Assembly (NCBI GenBank): GCA_030690985.1
Contig: JAUYFG010000312.1
Span: 14,208-78,207, forward strand
Length of the DNA: 64,000 nt
From: Pseudomonadota bacterium
Lineage (GTDB): Bacteria; Pseudomonadota; Gammaproteobacteria; Burkholderiales; Thiobacillaceae
Direction: 5' to 3'
Shown piece by piece: positions 1 to 8,928 of this stretch. Under the pieces are notes generated by a model. It was not told the DNA's origin and did not search any database. It saw nothing but the letters and a program-made list of their open reading frames with translations. Position 1 is the stretch's first letter. Each line of letters starts with the position of its first letter. A program made the translations under genes and the position numbers.

Positions 1-2732
1 GCCTCGGCGGCGCTGCTTATTACCTGGCCAAAGGCAAGACCAGCCCCGAGCAGCGCATGGCCAGTGCGCAGACCCTGGAACGGGCAGGTGACTTCAAGGG
101 CGCGGCCATCGAATTAAAAAATGTCCTGCAGCAGGCGCCCGGCAATGCCGAGGCCCGATTCATGCTCGGTCACCTGCATTTCTCCAACAATGATTTTGTC
201 AATGCCGAAAAGGAACTGAGCCTTGCCCTGAACAAGGGCTACAAGCCACCGGAAGCCGCGATTCTGCTGGCGCGAACCCTGCTGGTATTACGCCAGCCGA
301 AAAAAATCGTGGATGGGATCAATGTGCTCGAAGGAGCCCCCGCCGAGTCCAATGCCGCGATCCTGGCGATTCGCGCTCAAGCCTATGCCATGCTGGGCGA
401 CAAGAGCAGCATGGAAACCAGCCTGCAACAGGCTGACGCACTCATACCGGAGCACCCCGATACCCTGGCGGTACGGGCTGGTCAAGCCTTCGCCAACGGC
501 CAGCAAGATCAAGCGCTGGCCTTGGTGGAAAAAGCCACGGCCAGGGATGCCAAGCGTGCCGACCTGCAACTCATGAAGGCCGATCTGCTGCGTGCTCAGA
601 AACGCGGTGACGAAGCCATTGCCGCCTATACCAAGGCATTGGCGATCGAGCCCGGTAACCTGGCCGCCCGTCTGGCCGTGGCACAACACTATCTGGCCGT
701 ATCGAATCTCGACCGCGCACAGGCTGAACTGAATATCCTGCGCGGTTATGCGCCGAATAACCTGATGGGGCGCTATCTCGAAGGATTGCTCGATTTCCGC
801 CGCAAAAACATGGATGCCGCCAGCCAGAAACTTCAGGAAGTGCTGCGCGGCGCCCCCGATTTCGCGCCCGCCAACCTGCTGGCCGGCGCCATCGATCTCA
901 GCCAGGGAAAACGTGAGAGTGCCATCAGCCGCCTGAATCGCGTGCTCGAAGCAGCACCTGACCACCCGCTCGCGCGCAAGTTGCTCGCCACCGCCATGCT
1001 GGACTCCGGCCAGGCCGAGCGCGCGCGCGAATTGATCGCCAACCTCAAGAACGACGATAGCGACATTCAGTTGTTGGCATTGCAGAGCAACATCGCCCAG
1101 CGCCTGGGGAACCTTCAGGAGGCGCGCCAGAAACTCGAAAAGGCCTCCTCGCTCGCGCCCGACAATACGGCGCTGATCCGGGAACTGGCCGCGAGCCGCA
1201 TGGCCAGCGGCGACGAAAGCGGAGCGATCGAGGCACTCACCCGATTGGCGGAGAAGGACACCGCCTCGCATCAGGCCGATGTCATGCTGGTCATGACCCA
1301 CCTGAAGGCCAAACGTTATGACGCGGCACTCAAGGCGATCGCCAATCTCGAACGCAGGAACCCTCGCCTCGCGCTCGCCGAGAATCTGCGGGGAGCGGTT
1401 CATATCGCTCGCAAGGATCTCCCACAGGCGCGCCAGAGCTTCGCCAAGGCATTGGCAATCGAACCCGGTTACCTGCCGGCCGCAAGCAATCTGGCCCGCC
1501 TCGACTTGGCCGAGAAGGACATCAAAGCGGCGCGCTCGCGTTTCGAGCAGGTGCTCAAGCATCGCCCGGAGACGGCACGCGCCATGATTGCCCTGGCCGA
1601 ATTGGCCGCTCTGGAGAAAAACGAAGGCGATTATGTGAAATTCATCGAGCAGGCGAAAAAGGCCGACCCCAAAGACGCCACCTCGCGCCAGATGCTCGCC
1701 CGTTACTGGATCTCCAAGCGCGATGCGGGCAAGGCTTTATCCGAAGCGCGGGCTGCGCTCGAAGCCACCGGCAACGCAGGGTTTCATGGTTTGATCGGGT
1801 CCGCCTACACCCTGCAGGGGGATGACGCAAATGCCCTGTCCGCCTACGGGAAATGGGTTGAGGCCGCGCCCAATGACCCGCAGAGCCACTATCAACTGGC
1901 GCTTGCGCAATTCAACGGCAAGGATCGCGCCGCAGCGCTGAAATCCCTGAACAAGGCACTGTCACTGCGACCCGATTATGCTGAGGCCAGCATAAGCAAA
2001 GCGCTTCTGCTCGGCCTGGAAAAGCGTACGGGAGAGGGCCTCAAAATCGCCAGAGAACTCCAGGCACGCGCCCCCAAGGCGGCGGGCGGCTACCTCGCCG
2101 AAGCGGAACTTCTTTCCCTGGACAAGCAATATATGGCAGCCGCCAAGCTCTATGCCAAAACCGCCCAGCTCTCCGGTAACGGCCAACCCCTGGTCAACGC
2201 CTACCACGCCTACGCAGCGGCCGGCCAGTCTGGCGACGGAGAAAAAGCGCTACGACAGTGGCTGGAAGCCAAGCCCGGCGATGGGCGGATTCGGCACCAG
2301 CTCGCTCTGGTTCTACTCAACGACAAACGCCTGAAAGAGGCCGAACCACACTACAGCACCCTGGCACGCGCCAATCCCCGCGATGTGGTGGCCTACAACA
2401 ACCTGGCCTGGTTGCAGGGTGAACTCAACAGCCCGAATGCGGTGGCCACGGCGGAGGCCGCGCTCGCGCTTTCGCCGGACAACCCGGCCACCCTCGACAC
2501 GCTCGGCTGGAACCTGATCAATGCCGGCCAACACCAGCGCGGCCTCGACCTGATCAAGAAGGCTCTGGCCAAATCCCCCGACGCGGCAGAAATCCAATGG
2601 CACCTGGCCGCCGGCTTGAACAAGGCAGGTGACCGGGTGCGTGCCCGCCAGGAAATCGAGCGACTCCTGCGCAGTGGCGTGGCTTTTCCCCAGGAAACCG
2701 AAGCCCGGAAATTGCTCGATAGCCTGAAGTGA
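1..2732 (+). CDS. prsT: PEP-CTERM system TPR-repeat protein (PrsT-like), 5' end outside window
   Basis: The frame stays open upstream of the first Met (57) to the window edge. About 890 aa of consecutive TPR repeats. The N-terminal stretch GKTSPEQR..AGDFKGAAIELKNVLQQAP is colinear with the start of the next ORF. Size and architecture fit the ~900-aa PrsT family. Confidence 0.8.
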   Translation, partial: LGGAAYYLAKGKTSPEQRMASAQTLERAGDFKGAAIELKNVLQQAPGNAEARFMLGHLHFSNNDFVNAEKELSLALNKGYKPPEAAILLARTLLVLRQPKKIVDGINVLEGAPAESNAAILAIRAQAYAMLGDKSSMETSLQQADALIPEHPDTLAVRAGQAFANGQQDQALALVEKATARDAKRADLQLMKADLLRAQKRGDEAIAAYTKALAIEPGNLAARLAVAQHYLAVSNLDRAQAELNILRGYAPNNLMGRYLEGLLDFRRKNMDAASQKLQEVLRGAPDFAPANLLAGAIDLSQGKRESAISRLNRVLEAAPDHPLARKLLATAMLDSGQAERARELIANLKNDDSDIQLLALQSNIAQRLGNLQEARQKLEKASSLAPDNTALIRELAASRMASGDESGAIEALTRLAEKDTASHQADVMLVMTHLKAKRYDAALKAIANLERRNPRLALAENLRGAVHIARKDLPQARQSFAKALAIEPGYLPAASNLARLDLAEKDIKAARSRFEQVLKHRPETARAMIALAELAALEKNEGDYVKFIEQAKKADPKDATSRQMLARYWISKRDAGKALSEARAALEATGNAGFHGLIGSAYTLQGDDANALSAYGKWVEAAPNDPQSHYQLALAQFNGKDRAAALKSLNKALSLRPDYAEASISKALLLGLEKRTGEGLKIARELQARAPKAAGGYLAEAELLSLDKQYMAAAKLYAKTAQLSGNGQPLVNAYHAYAAAGQSGDGEKALRQWLEAKPGDGRIRHQLALVLLNDKRLKEAEPHYSTLARANPRDVVAYNNLAWLQGELNSPNAVATAEAALALSPDNPATLDTLGWNLINAGQHQRGLDLIKKALAKSPDAAEIQWHLAAGLNKAGDRVRARQEIERLLRSGVAFPQETEARKLLDSLK

Positions 2733-5521
2733 TGCTCATGAAACGCCGCATCAGCCCATTCACTCGGGTGCTCCTGGCATTCGCCCTGCTGCTGGCGCTG
2801 GCTGGCTGTGGAAAACAGCATTTCACCACGGAAGAACACATCCAGCGCGCCAAGGATTTCTCCGCCGGCGGCAAGCACAAGGAAGTCATCATCGAACTGC
2901 GCAACGTCCTGCAACAGCAGCCTGACCATCCCCAGGGCAATCTGCTGCTGGCGGAGACCATCCTGAGAATGGGCAACCCCTTCCTGGCGGAGGCGGCCCT
3001 GAACAAGGCACGCCAGGTGGGGGTATCGGCCAAGGCCACGCAGATATTGATGGCCAGGGCACTCATGGCCCAGGGCCGTTTCGAGGATGCGCTGAAGGAA
3101 GCGAAGCTCGACGCCAACGAGCCGCTGGATAACCAGCTCGGCTACATGAATATGCGTGGAGAAGTACTGATGGGCCTGGCGCGTGTCGATGAATCATGCG
3201 CGCAGTTCGATGGCATGCGCCGCCTGCGAGCCGACTACCCCCCCGCCCTGCTAGGCCAATCCCGTTGCGCGGCAGCCAGGAATGACTTCGCGCTATCGCG
3301 AAAACTGGTTGACGAAGCGCTCCGACTTGATGCCGGACACACCGAGAGTTGGGTCCAGCTTGGCCATATGGAACGCGGCCAGGGCCATTACACCGAGGCG
3401 GAAACAGCCTATGGCAAGGCGCTGGCCATCCAGCCCGACGATGTCGACGCACTCATGGGACGTGCCATGGCACGTCTCAAACTGCGCAAGTACGACGCGG
3501 CCAGGAAGGATCTTGAAATCGCCCGTGCCACCATTCCAAGCAGCCCCTTTCCCACCCACATGCTCGGGATCGAGGCCTATTACCATGGCAATTACCGGGA
3601 AGCGAAGATTCATTTCCAGCGCGTGCTCAACGTCCTGCCGGACTATCTGCCAAGCATCTTCTGGCAAGGATTGACCGACCTCAACCTCGACAACGTGGAG
3701 CAGGCAGTCAAGGGGCTCTCCTACTACATGGTGCGCAAGCCCGACGACCAGACCGCCAAGGTGCTCCTGGCCTACGCCCAGGCACGCCAGGGCAACAAGA
3801 TTTCTGCGGAGAAGACCCTCAAGGCGCTGCGCAACCTCGGGCTGGAAGATGCGGCCGTGCTCAGCATGTCCGGGCAAACCTATCTGGCGCTGGGAAAACT
3901 GGAAGAAGCGCAACGATATCTGCGCGAGGCCCTGACGAAAGACCCGAGGAATGTAGAACTGAAACTCAGCCTCGCGGAGTCCCACCGGCAAAAACACGAG
4001 TACGAGGATTTTCTGCGGGAACTCAACGAGGCCGTGGCCCTGGAGCCGGCATCCATCCAGTTGCACAGCCAATATGCCCAGGCGCTCATCGCCCAGGGTA
4101 GAAAAGAGGCGGCCCGCAGCAAGATCGCCGAGATGCGCCGGCTGTTCCCCAAGAGTACTCAACCGCAGTATCTGGAAGCCTCCATGGCACTCAATGCGGG
4201 GGACAGAGCCGGTGCGCGGCAGGCCTTCGAGGACATGCTGAAGATCGATCCCGTGTCAGGCACCGCCTACATGAATCTGGCCCGCATGGATCTGCGCGAA
4301 GGCAAGGTCGAGCAGGCCAAGAAACGCTTCCTGGACCTACGCCGGCGCGATAGCAATAACTACACCGCCCTGATCGGACTTGCCGCCGTTTACTACGCGG
4401 TAAATGACCTCAAGGCGCAGCGGGAGTGGCTGGAGAAAGCGGTCAAAGCGAGGCCCCGCGCGCTCGAACCACTCCTGCTGCTGGCCAAGAATCTGCTGTC
4501 CACCGGCCAGGGCCAGCAAGCCCTTTCTCTCGCAACCCAGGCCTATCAGGCGGAACCGGCCAATCCTGCCACGCTGCAACTTCTGGCCGACGTCCAGAGC
4601 GCCAACGGCGCTCACGACAGCGCGCGTTCTTCCTACACCCGCCTGACCACCCTGACACCAGACGCACCGGTAGCCTGGTTCCAACTGGGACTTGCCCATG
4701 AACGAGCGGGCTTCCGTCAGGCATCCAAGGAAGCGCTACGGAAAGCAATCGAGTTGTCTCCCCGTTATCTCTATGCGCGCCTGGAACTCGCGCGCACCGA
4801 AGCCAAAGATGGCAACTTCAGCGAAGCCCACAGATTGGTAGCCGCGATCAAGAGCGACTCCCCCAAGTCGGCACCCGCTCATCTGCTCGCCGGCGACCTC
4901 TATTCCAGACAGAAAAAACCAGCCGAGGCGCTCAAGGAGTATGAGCAGGGCATGAGCATCAAGCCCTCAACCCAACTGGTCATGCGTACCGCCAGTGCGC
5001 TCCTGGCTCTGGGTAGAGGCGACGCGGCCGAAACCCTGTTACGGCAATGGCTGCAGAAACAGCCGGGGGATCAGATCGTGCGTCTCAACCTGGCAGGACT
5101 GCACGCAAGTACCAGGAAATACGAAGCCGCACTTTCGGAATATGAACAGATCAATCGTGCAGCCCCCAATCGGCCGGAAATTCTCAATGACATGGCCTGG
5201 CTGTACCAGAAGCTGGGAAATGCCACGCGCGCACTTTCGCTATCGGAGCATGCACATAAACTGGCCCCCGAGAACCCGATCTTCATGGACACCTTGGGTT
5301 GGATACTTTTGCAACAAGGTGGGCAGCGGCGGGCGCTCGACCTGCTGGGGAAGGCGGCCAAACTGGCCCCGAAACACCCTGCCATCCAGTACCACTATGC
5401 CGCAGCGTTAGCGCGCTCCGGCGACGTTGAGAAAGCGCGCCAGGTGTTACAACAACTGCTCAAAGTCGCGCCCTCCTTCCGCGAACGAACTGATGCGGAA
5501 ACCTTGTTGAAAGGGCTATGA
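2729..5521 (+). CDS. prsT: PEP-CTERM system TPR-repeat lipoprotein (PrsT-like paralog)
   Basis: 930-aa TPR array with a lipoprotein signal LLLALAGCGK. The start overlaps the upstream stop and is ambiguous (GTG 2729, ATG 2732 or ATG 2738). Confidence 0.8.
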   Translation: MMLMKRRISPFTRVLLAFALLLALAGCGKQHFTTEEHIQRAKDFSAGGKHKEVIIELRNVLQQQPDHPQGNLLLAETILRMGNPFLAEAALNKARQVGVSAKATQILMARALMAQGRFEDALKEAKLDANEPLDNQLGYMNMRGEVLMGLARVDESCAQFDGMRRLRADYPPALLGQSRCAAARNDFALSRKLVDEALRLDAGHTESWVQLGHMERGQGHYTEAETAYGKALAIQPDDVDALMGRAMARLKLRKYDAARKDLEIARATIPSSPFPTHMLGIEAYYHGNYREAKIHFQRVLNVLPDYLPSIFWQGLTDLNLDNVEQAVKGLSYYMVRKPDDQTAKVLLAYAQARQGNKISAEKTLKALRNLGLEDAAVLSMSGQTYLALGKLEEAQRYLREALTKDPRNVELKLSLAESHRQKHEYEDFLRELNEAVALEPASIQLHSQYAQALIAQGRKEAARSKIAEMRRLFPKSTQPQYLEASMALNAGDRAGARQAFEDMLKIDPVSGTAYMNLARMDLREGKVEQAKKRFLDLRRRDSNNYTALIGLAAVYYAVNDLKAQREWLEKAVKARPRALEPLLLLAKNLLSTGQGQQALSLATQAYQAEPANPATLQLLADVQSANGAHDSARSSYTRLTTLTPDAPVAWFQLGLAHERAGFRQASKEALRKAIELSPRYLYARLELARTEAKDGNFSEAHRLVAAIKSDSPKSAPAHLLAGDLYSRQKKPAEALKEYEQGMSIKPSTQLVMRTASALLALGRGDAAETLLRQWLQKQPGDQIVRLNLAGLHASTRKYEAALSEYEQINRAAPNRPEILNDMAWLYQKLGNATRALSLSEHAHKLAPENPIFMDTLGWILLQQGGQRRALDLLGKAAKLAPKHPAIQYHYAAALARSGDVEKARQVLQQLLKVAPSFRERTDAETLLKGL

Positions 5522-5592
5522 CATGTCCCTGACGGGCACGACCGCCGCATGGGGTCCAGGCGCTTGCCACAGTCCGATGAGCAGTTGAAGAC

Positions 5593-6804
5593 ATGGCGCG
5601 CACACGCGTCCTGTTTCTCGCAGAGGCGGTAACCCTGGCCCATCTGGCCAGACCCGTCGAACTCGCCTCGGGCCTGTCCAGCGCGGAGTATGAGATCACG
5701 CTGGCCTGCGACAGCCGTTACCGTTCCATCCTGGAGCGGTTGCCGTTCAAGACACTGCCCCTGCACTCACTGTCCAGCGAACGCTTCCTTGCCGCGCTCA
5801 CCCGGGGGCGACCGGTTTATGACAGCGAGACCCTGGAGCGCTATGTCAGCGATGACCTCGACCTGATCGACGCATTCAAACCGGATCTGGTGGTGGGGGA
5901 TTTTCGACTGTCCCTTTCCATCAGCGCGCGTCTGCGCCAGGTGCCCTACCTGGCCATCAGCAACGCCTACTGGAGCCCCTATGCGCGGCAAACCTGGCCC
6001 GTGCCCGCTCTGCCCTACCTCCGCTGGGCCGGCACGACCCTGGGTAGCGCGCTGTTCCGCCTGGCGCGCCCCATCGCCTTTGCGCTGCACACTCGTCCGC
6101 TGAACCGGGTAAGGCGGCGACATGGCTTGCCCTCCCTGGGGAACGATCTGCGCCGTGTCTATACCGACGCCGATTACACCCTGTATGCCGATGTGCCGGA
6201 ATTGACGCCGACCCGCGACCTCCCGGCCCATCACCGCTACCTGGGGCCCATCCTGTGGTCGCCCCCTGCCGCACCGCCGATCTGGTGGGACGCGCTTCCG
6301 GAAGGACTACCGCAGATCTACCTGACCCTGGGCAGTTCCGGGGCGCGTGAACTGCTCCCGACCATTCTCAACGCCCTGGCCAATCTGCCCGTGGCGATCA
6401 TGGTCGCCACGGCGGGCCATGCCACCTCCCTCTCGCACTGGCCGAACAACACGTTTCACGCCGATTATCTGCCCGGCTGTGAAGCGGCGGCCCGCTCCAG
6501 CCTGGTCATCTGCAACGGCGGCAGCCCAACCACCCAGCAGGCGCTGGCGGCTGGCGTGCCGGTCATCGGCATCGCCGGCAACCTCGACCAGCTTTTGAAC
6601 ATGCAGGCAATCACCGCCGCCGGCGCCGGCGCGCTGTTGCGTGTCGATGGCTTCAGCCAGCCTCGCCTCCTGCGCCTCGTGCAGACCTTGCTGAACGAAC
6701 CCCGCTATAAACAATCCGCCCGCCAGGTCAGCGGCTGGTTCGCCCACTATCCGGCACGACCGCGTTTCGCCCAATTGCTGGAGGAAATTCAGTCCTCCGG
6801 ATGA
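5593..6804 (+). CDS. GT1-family (MGT/UDP-glycosyltransferase-like) glycosyltransferase
   Basis: 403 aa. The C-terminal nucleotide-sugar motif region CNGGSPTTQQALAAGVPVIGIAGNLDQLLN is typical of GT-B MGT-type transferases. Confidence 0.65.
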   Translation: MARTRVLFLAEAVTLAHLARPVELASGLSSAEYEITLACDSRYRSILERLPFKTLPLHSLSSERFLAALTRGRPVYDSETLERYVSDDLDLIDAFKPDLVVGDFRLSLSISARLRQVPYLAISNAYWSPYARQTWPVPALPYLRWAGTTLGSALFRLARPIAFALHTRPLNRVRRRHGLPSLGNDLRRVYTDADYTLYADVPELTPTRDLPAHHRYLGPILWSPPAAPPIWWDALPEGLPQIYLTLGSSGARELLPTILNALANLPVAIMVATAGHATSLSHWPNNTFHADYLPGCEAAARSSLVICNGGSPTTQQALAAGVPVIGIAGNLDQLLNMQAITAAGAGALLRVDGFSQPRLLRLVQTLLNEPRYKQSARQVSGWFAHYPARPRFAQLLEEIQSSG

Positions 6805-6834
6805 GGCGACGCGACATTTCTCGAAGGAGGTTCC

Positions 6835-7500
6835 ATGCGCAAGATCAAGCCTGGCCAGGTTCTGGTGTTTTCCACGCTCCTGTCCCTCGCGATTGCCCTG
6901 GCGATCTTGTCTACCCAGTGGCTAGTAGGCGATCTCGGACTGGGAGATTTCCGCGGCATCATCCTGTTGGCGACGGGTGTCGGATTTCTTTACATCTATG
7001 CCATCGCCCTGTACCGCCTGCTCATGGCCCGGTTCCCCCTGTTGCCCGGCGAGGTGCGCCAAGACTCCCGCCAGGAGTTTATCTACCACGTCCATGTGCT
7101 GTTCTACCTGTTGCTGTTCTACCCGGTCATTCGTAGCGGCATTCCTCCCGCCCCGTTCATGCGCCTGTTCTACCAGGCACTGGGCGCCCGTCTCGGCAAC
7201 AACACCTACAGCCAGGGCATCATCCACGACCCGTTGTTCGTCAGCATTGGCCACGATTCCGTGGTGGGCCAGGGCGCGCTGCTGATCCCCCATGTCATCG
7301 AAGGCGATCGGCTCGCCCATTACCCCATCCGCATCGGCGACCACGTCACCATCGGCGCCAACGCCGCCGTGCTCTCGGATGTGGAAATCGGCGACCACGC
7401 CATCGTCGCCACCGGCGCCGTGGTGAAGAAGGGCAGCCGCATCGGCGCCCATGAAGTCTGGGGCGGGGTGCCGGCCCGCTGCATCAAGCGGCTGCAATGA
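6835..7500 (+). CDS. Membrane-anchored hexapeptide-repeat (LbH) acyl/acetyltransferase
   Basis: GGAGG lies upstream of the ATG. The N-terminal ~110 aa are hydrophobic (about 3 TM segments). The C-terminal half has left-handed beta-helix hexapeptide repeats (IRIGDHVTIGANAAVLSDVEIGDHAIVATGAVV). Confidence 0.75.
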   Translation: MRKIKPGQVLVFSTLLSLAIALAILSTQWLVGDLGLGDFRGIILLATGVGFLYIYAIALYRLLMARFPLLPGEVRQDSRQEFIYHVHVLFYLLLFYPVIRSGIPPAPFMRLFYQALGARLGNNTYSQGIIHDPLFVSIGHDSVVGQGALLIPHVIEGDRLAHYPIRIGDHVTIGANAAVLSDVEIGDHAIVATGAVVKKGSRIGAHEVWGGVPARCIKRLQ

Positions 7501-7526
7501 AAAAAGGGCCGCAAGGCCCCTTTTTC
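7501..7526. terminator. Bidirectional rho-independent terminator between convergent genes
   Basis: AAAAAGGGCC-GCAA-GGCCCCTTTTT hairpin flanked by an A-run and a T-run. Confidence 0.7.
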
Positions 7527-7542
7527 ATCATTTCAGTTCTAC

Positions 7543-8715
7543 TCAGGTACGGCGGCGAGTGAAACTGAAGCCCAGCCCGAGCAGCCCGACACCCAACAGC
7601 GCCAGGGTGGCCGGCTCGGGAATGACGTCGGGAAGCGGTGCCTGGTATTGCGAGCTCACACTCGAGTTGAAGTCCACCTGGCCGACTATGTCAGGCCCTC
7701 CATTGAAGCCTGGGGTACAGGTCGTGTTGGCAGGCAGTGGAACCGGGCAACTCGTTGCATAAGTGGTTACGGGAAAAGTGCCGAAGCCAGGAACCGTGAC
7801 TATCGTGACAATCTTGTTCAAACCGCCGTTCACCTCGCCCGTCACGGGGAGCAGCCCCTGCCCCAAGCCCGGCACGGGCTGTGCCGAAAAGGGGCCATTT
7901 ATGTGACCAGTGGCGCACTGCGGCGCAGAGTTGGCACCACCAATGGCAGCTGTACCCGGATTGGGCGTATAGCAATCCGAGGGATCATTAGTGGCAAACG
8001 GGATGATCATGCCGGTGTTGGAGTAGGTGATCGAAAAACCCGTTTGCCCGGCATGGAAGAAATTCTGGTCGAAGGCCATGCCGGTAGTACCGATTTGCAT
8101 GGAAGATTGCGCGCTGTAGCCACTGATCGATAACTGTCCGGGGTAGTCGTTGCCGTTATTGGTCGTGTCGAGATTGCCCGGAGATGCGTTCGTGAGGGTA
8201 AACGTGCCGGTGGAAGCGCCGCCGCCGGGCTGTGCGACGCCGGACGCACGCAGGATCAATATGCCGTTGTCAAAGCCTGACCCGGAAAGGACGTCGCTGT
8301 CCGGGGTGCTGTCGTAATACATCTCCAGCCAGCCCACACCCGTGGTGGCGAATTGGGCGTAGGTAGAGGTGCCCAGCGTGGAGACCGTCACCTCCGTGAT
8401 CACCTCGGTGAAACGGGCCACCATGGTGATCTCGCCCGCAGTCGGGTTGCTGGCAAGCTTTGCATGGGTCAGGCCAACGAATTCGTGTGGGGTATCGATG
8501 TCAAAGTCAGCCAAATAGTCGTTTAGCCAGCTGGCGATCGCCTGATTGCCGCCCAGGGCAAGAAAACTTGAGCCGGACCAGTCCAAACCACCACCGGAAA
8601 GATTCACAGCCGCCTGGCCACCCGTGCCGTCGTAGTCGAATACCAGCGCGGCCTGGGCACCACCCGCGATGGCCAAGCTGGCAGCCACCAAAGTTGAAAG
8701 CAGATTCTTGCGCAT
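7543..8715 (-). CDS. PEP-CTERM sorting-domain secreted protein (possible flocculation-type substrate)
   Basis: N-terminal signal peptide (AIAGGAQA). The C-terminus VIPEPATLALLGVGLLGLGFSFTRRRT has the PEP motif, a TM helix and a basic tail. The body is rich in Gly, Thr and Ser. AGGAAAG RBS. Confidence 0.9.
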   Translation of the reverse strand: MRKNLLSTLVAASLAIAGGAQAALVFDYDGTGGQAAVNLSGGGLDWSGSSFLALGGNQAIASWLNDYLADFDIDTPHEFVGLTHAKLASNPTAGEITMVARFTEVITEVTVSTLGTSTYAQFATTGVGWLEMYYDSTPDSDVLSGSGFDNGILILRASGVAQPGGGASTGTFTLTNASPGNLDTTNNGNDYPGQLSISGYSAQSSMQIGTTGMAFDQNFFHAGQTGFSITYSNTGMIIPFATNDPSDCYTPNPGTAAIGGANSAPQCATGHINGPFSAQPVPGLGQGLLPVTGEVNGGLNKIVTIVTVPGFGTFPVTTYATSCPVPLPANTTCTPGFNGGPDIVGQVDFNSSVSSQYQAPLPDVIPEPATLALLGVGLLGLGFSFTRRRT

Positions 8716-8775
8716 TTTCTTTCCTTGAATGTGTTCGTTGATCTGTGGCCGCGCTACTGGGCCTGGCCTATATAA

Positions 8776-8791
8776 AGCAAGCTACGTGCCA
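8776..8791 (-). promoter_or_regulatory. sigma54 (-24/-12) promoter for the PEP-CTERM protein gene
   Basis: The minus strand reads TGGCACG-TAGC-TTGCT, an exact match to TGGCACG-N4-TTGCW. It lies about 60 nt upstream of the ATG at 8715, in an AT-richer intergenic region. Confidence 0.65.
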
Positions 8792-8928
8792 TCCATCAAC
8801 GTGCCCCGTAAGCCTTTGTTCCATCTGGGACTATCCAGTGCCACCGAGAAATTCTCGGGCTCGCTCGTCGCAAATGTAAAGAAATCCGACAAGGCGTGGG
8901 CAGCCGTTCCAGGTATCAGTTTTTCTAT

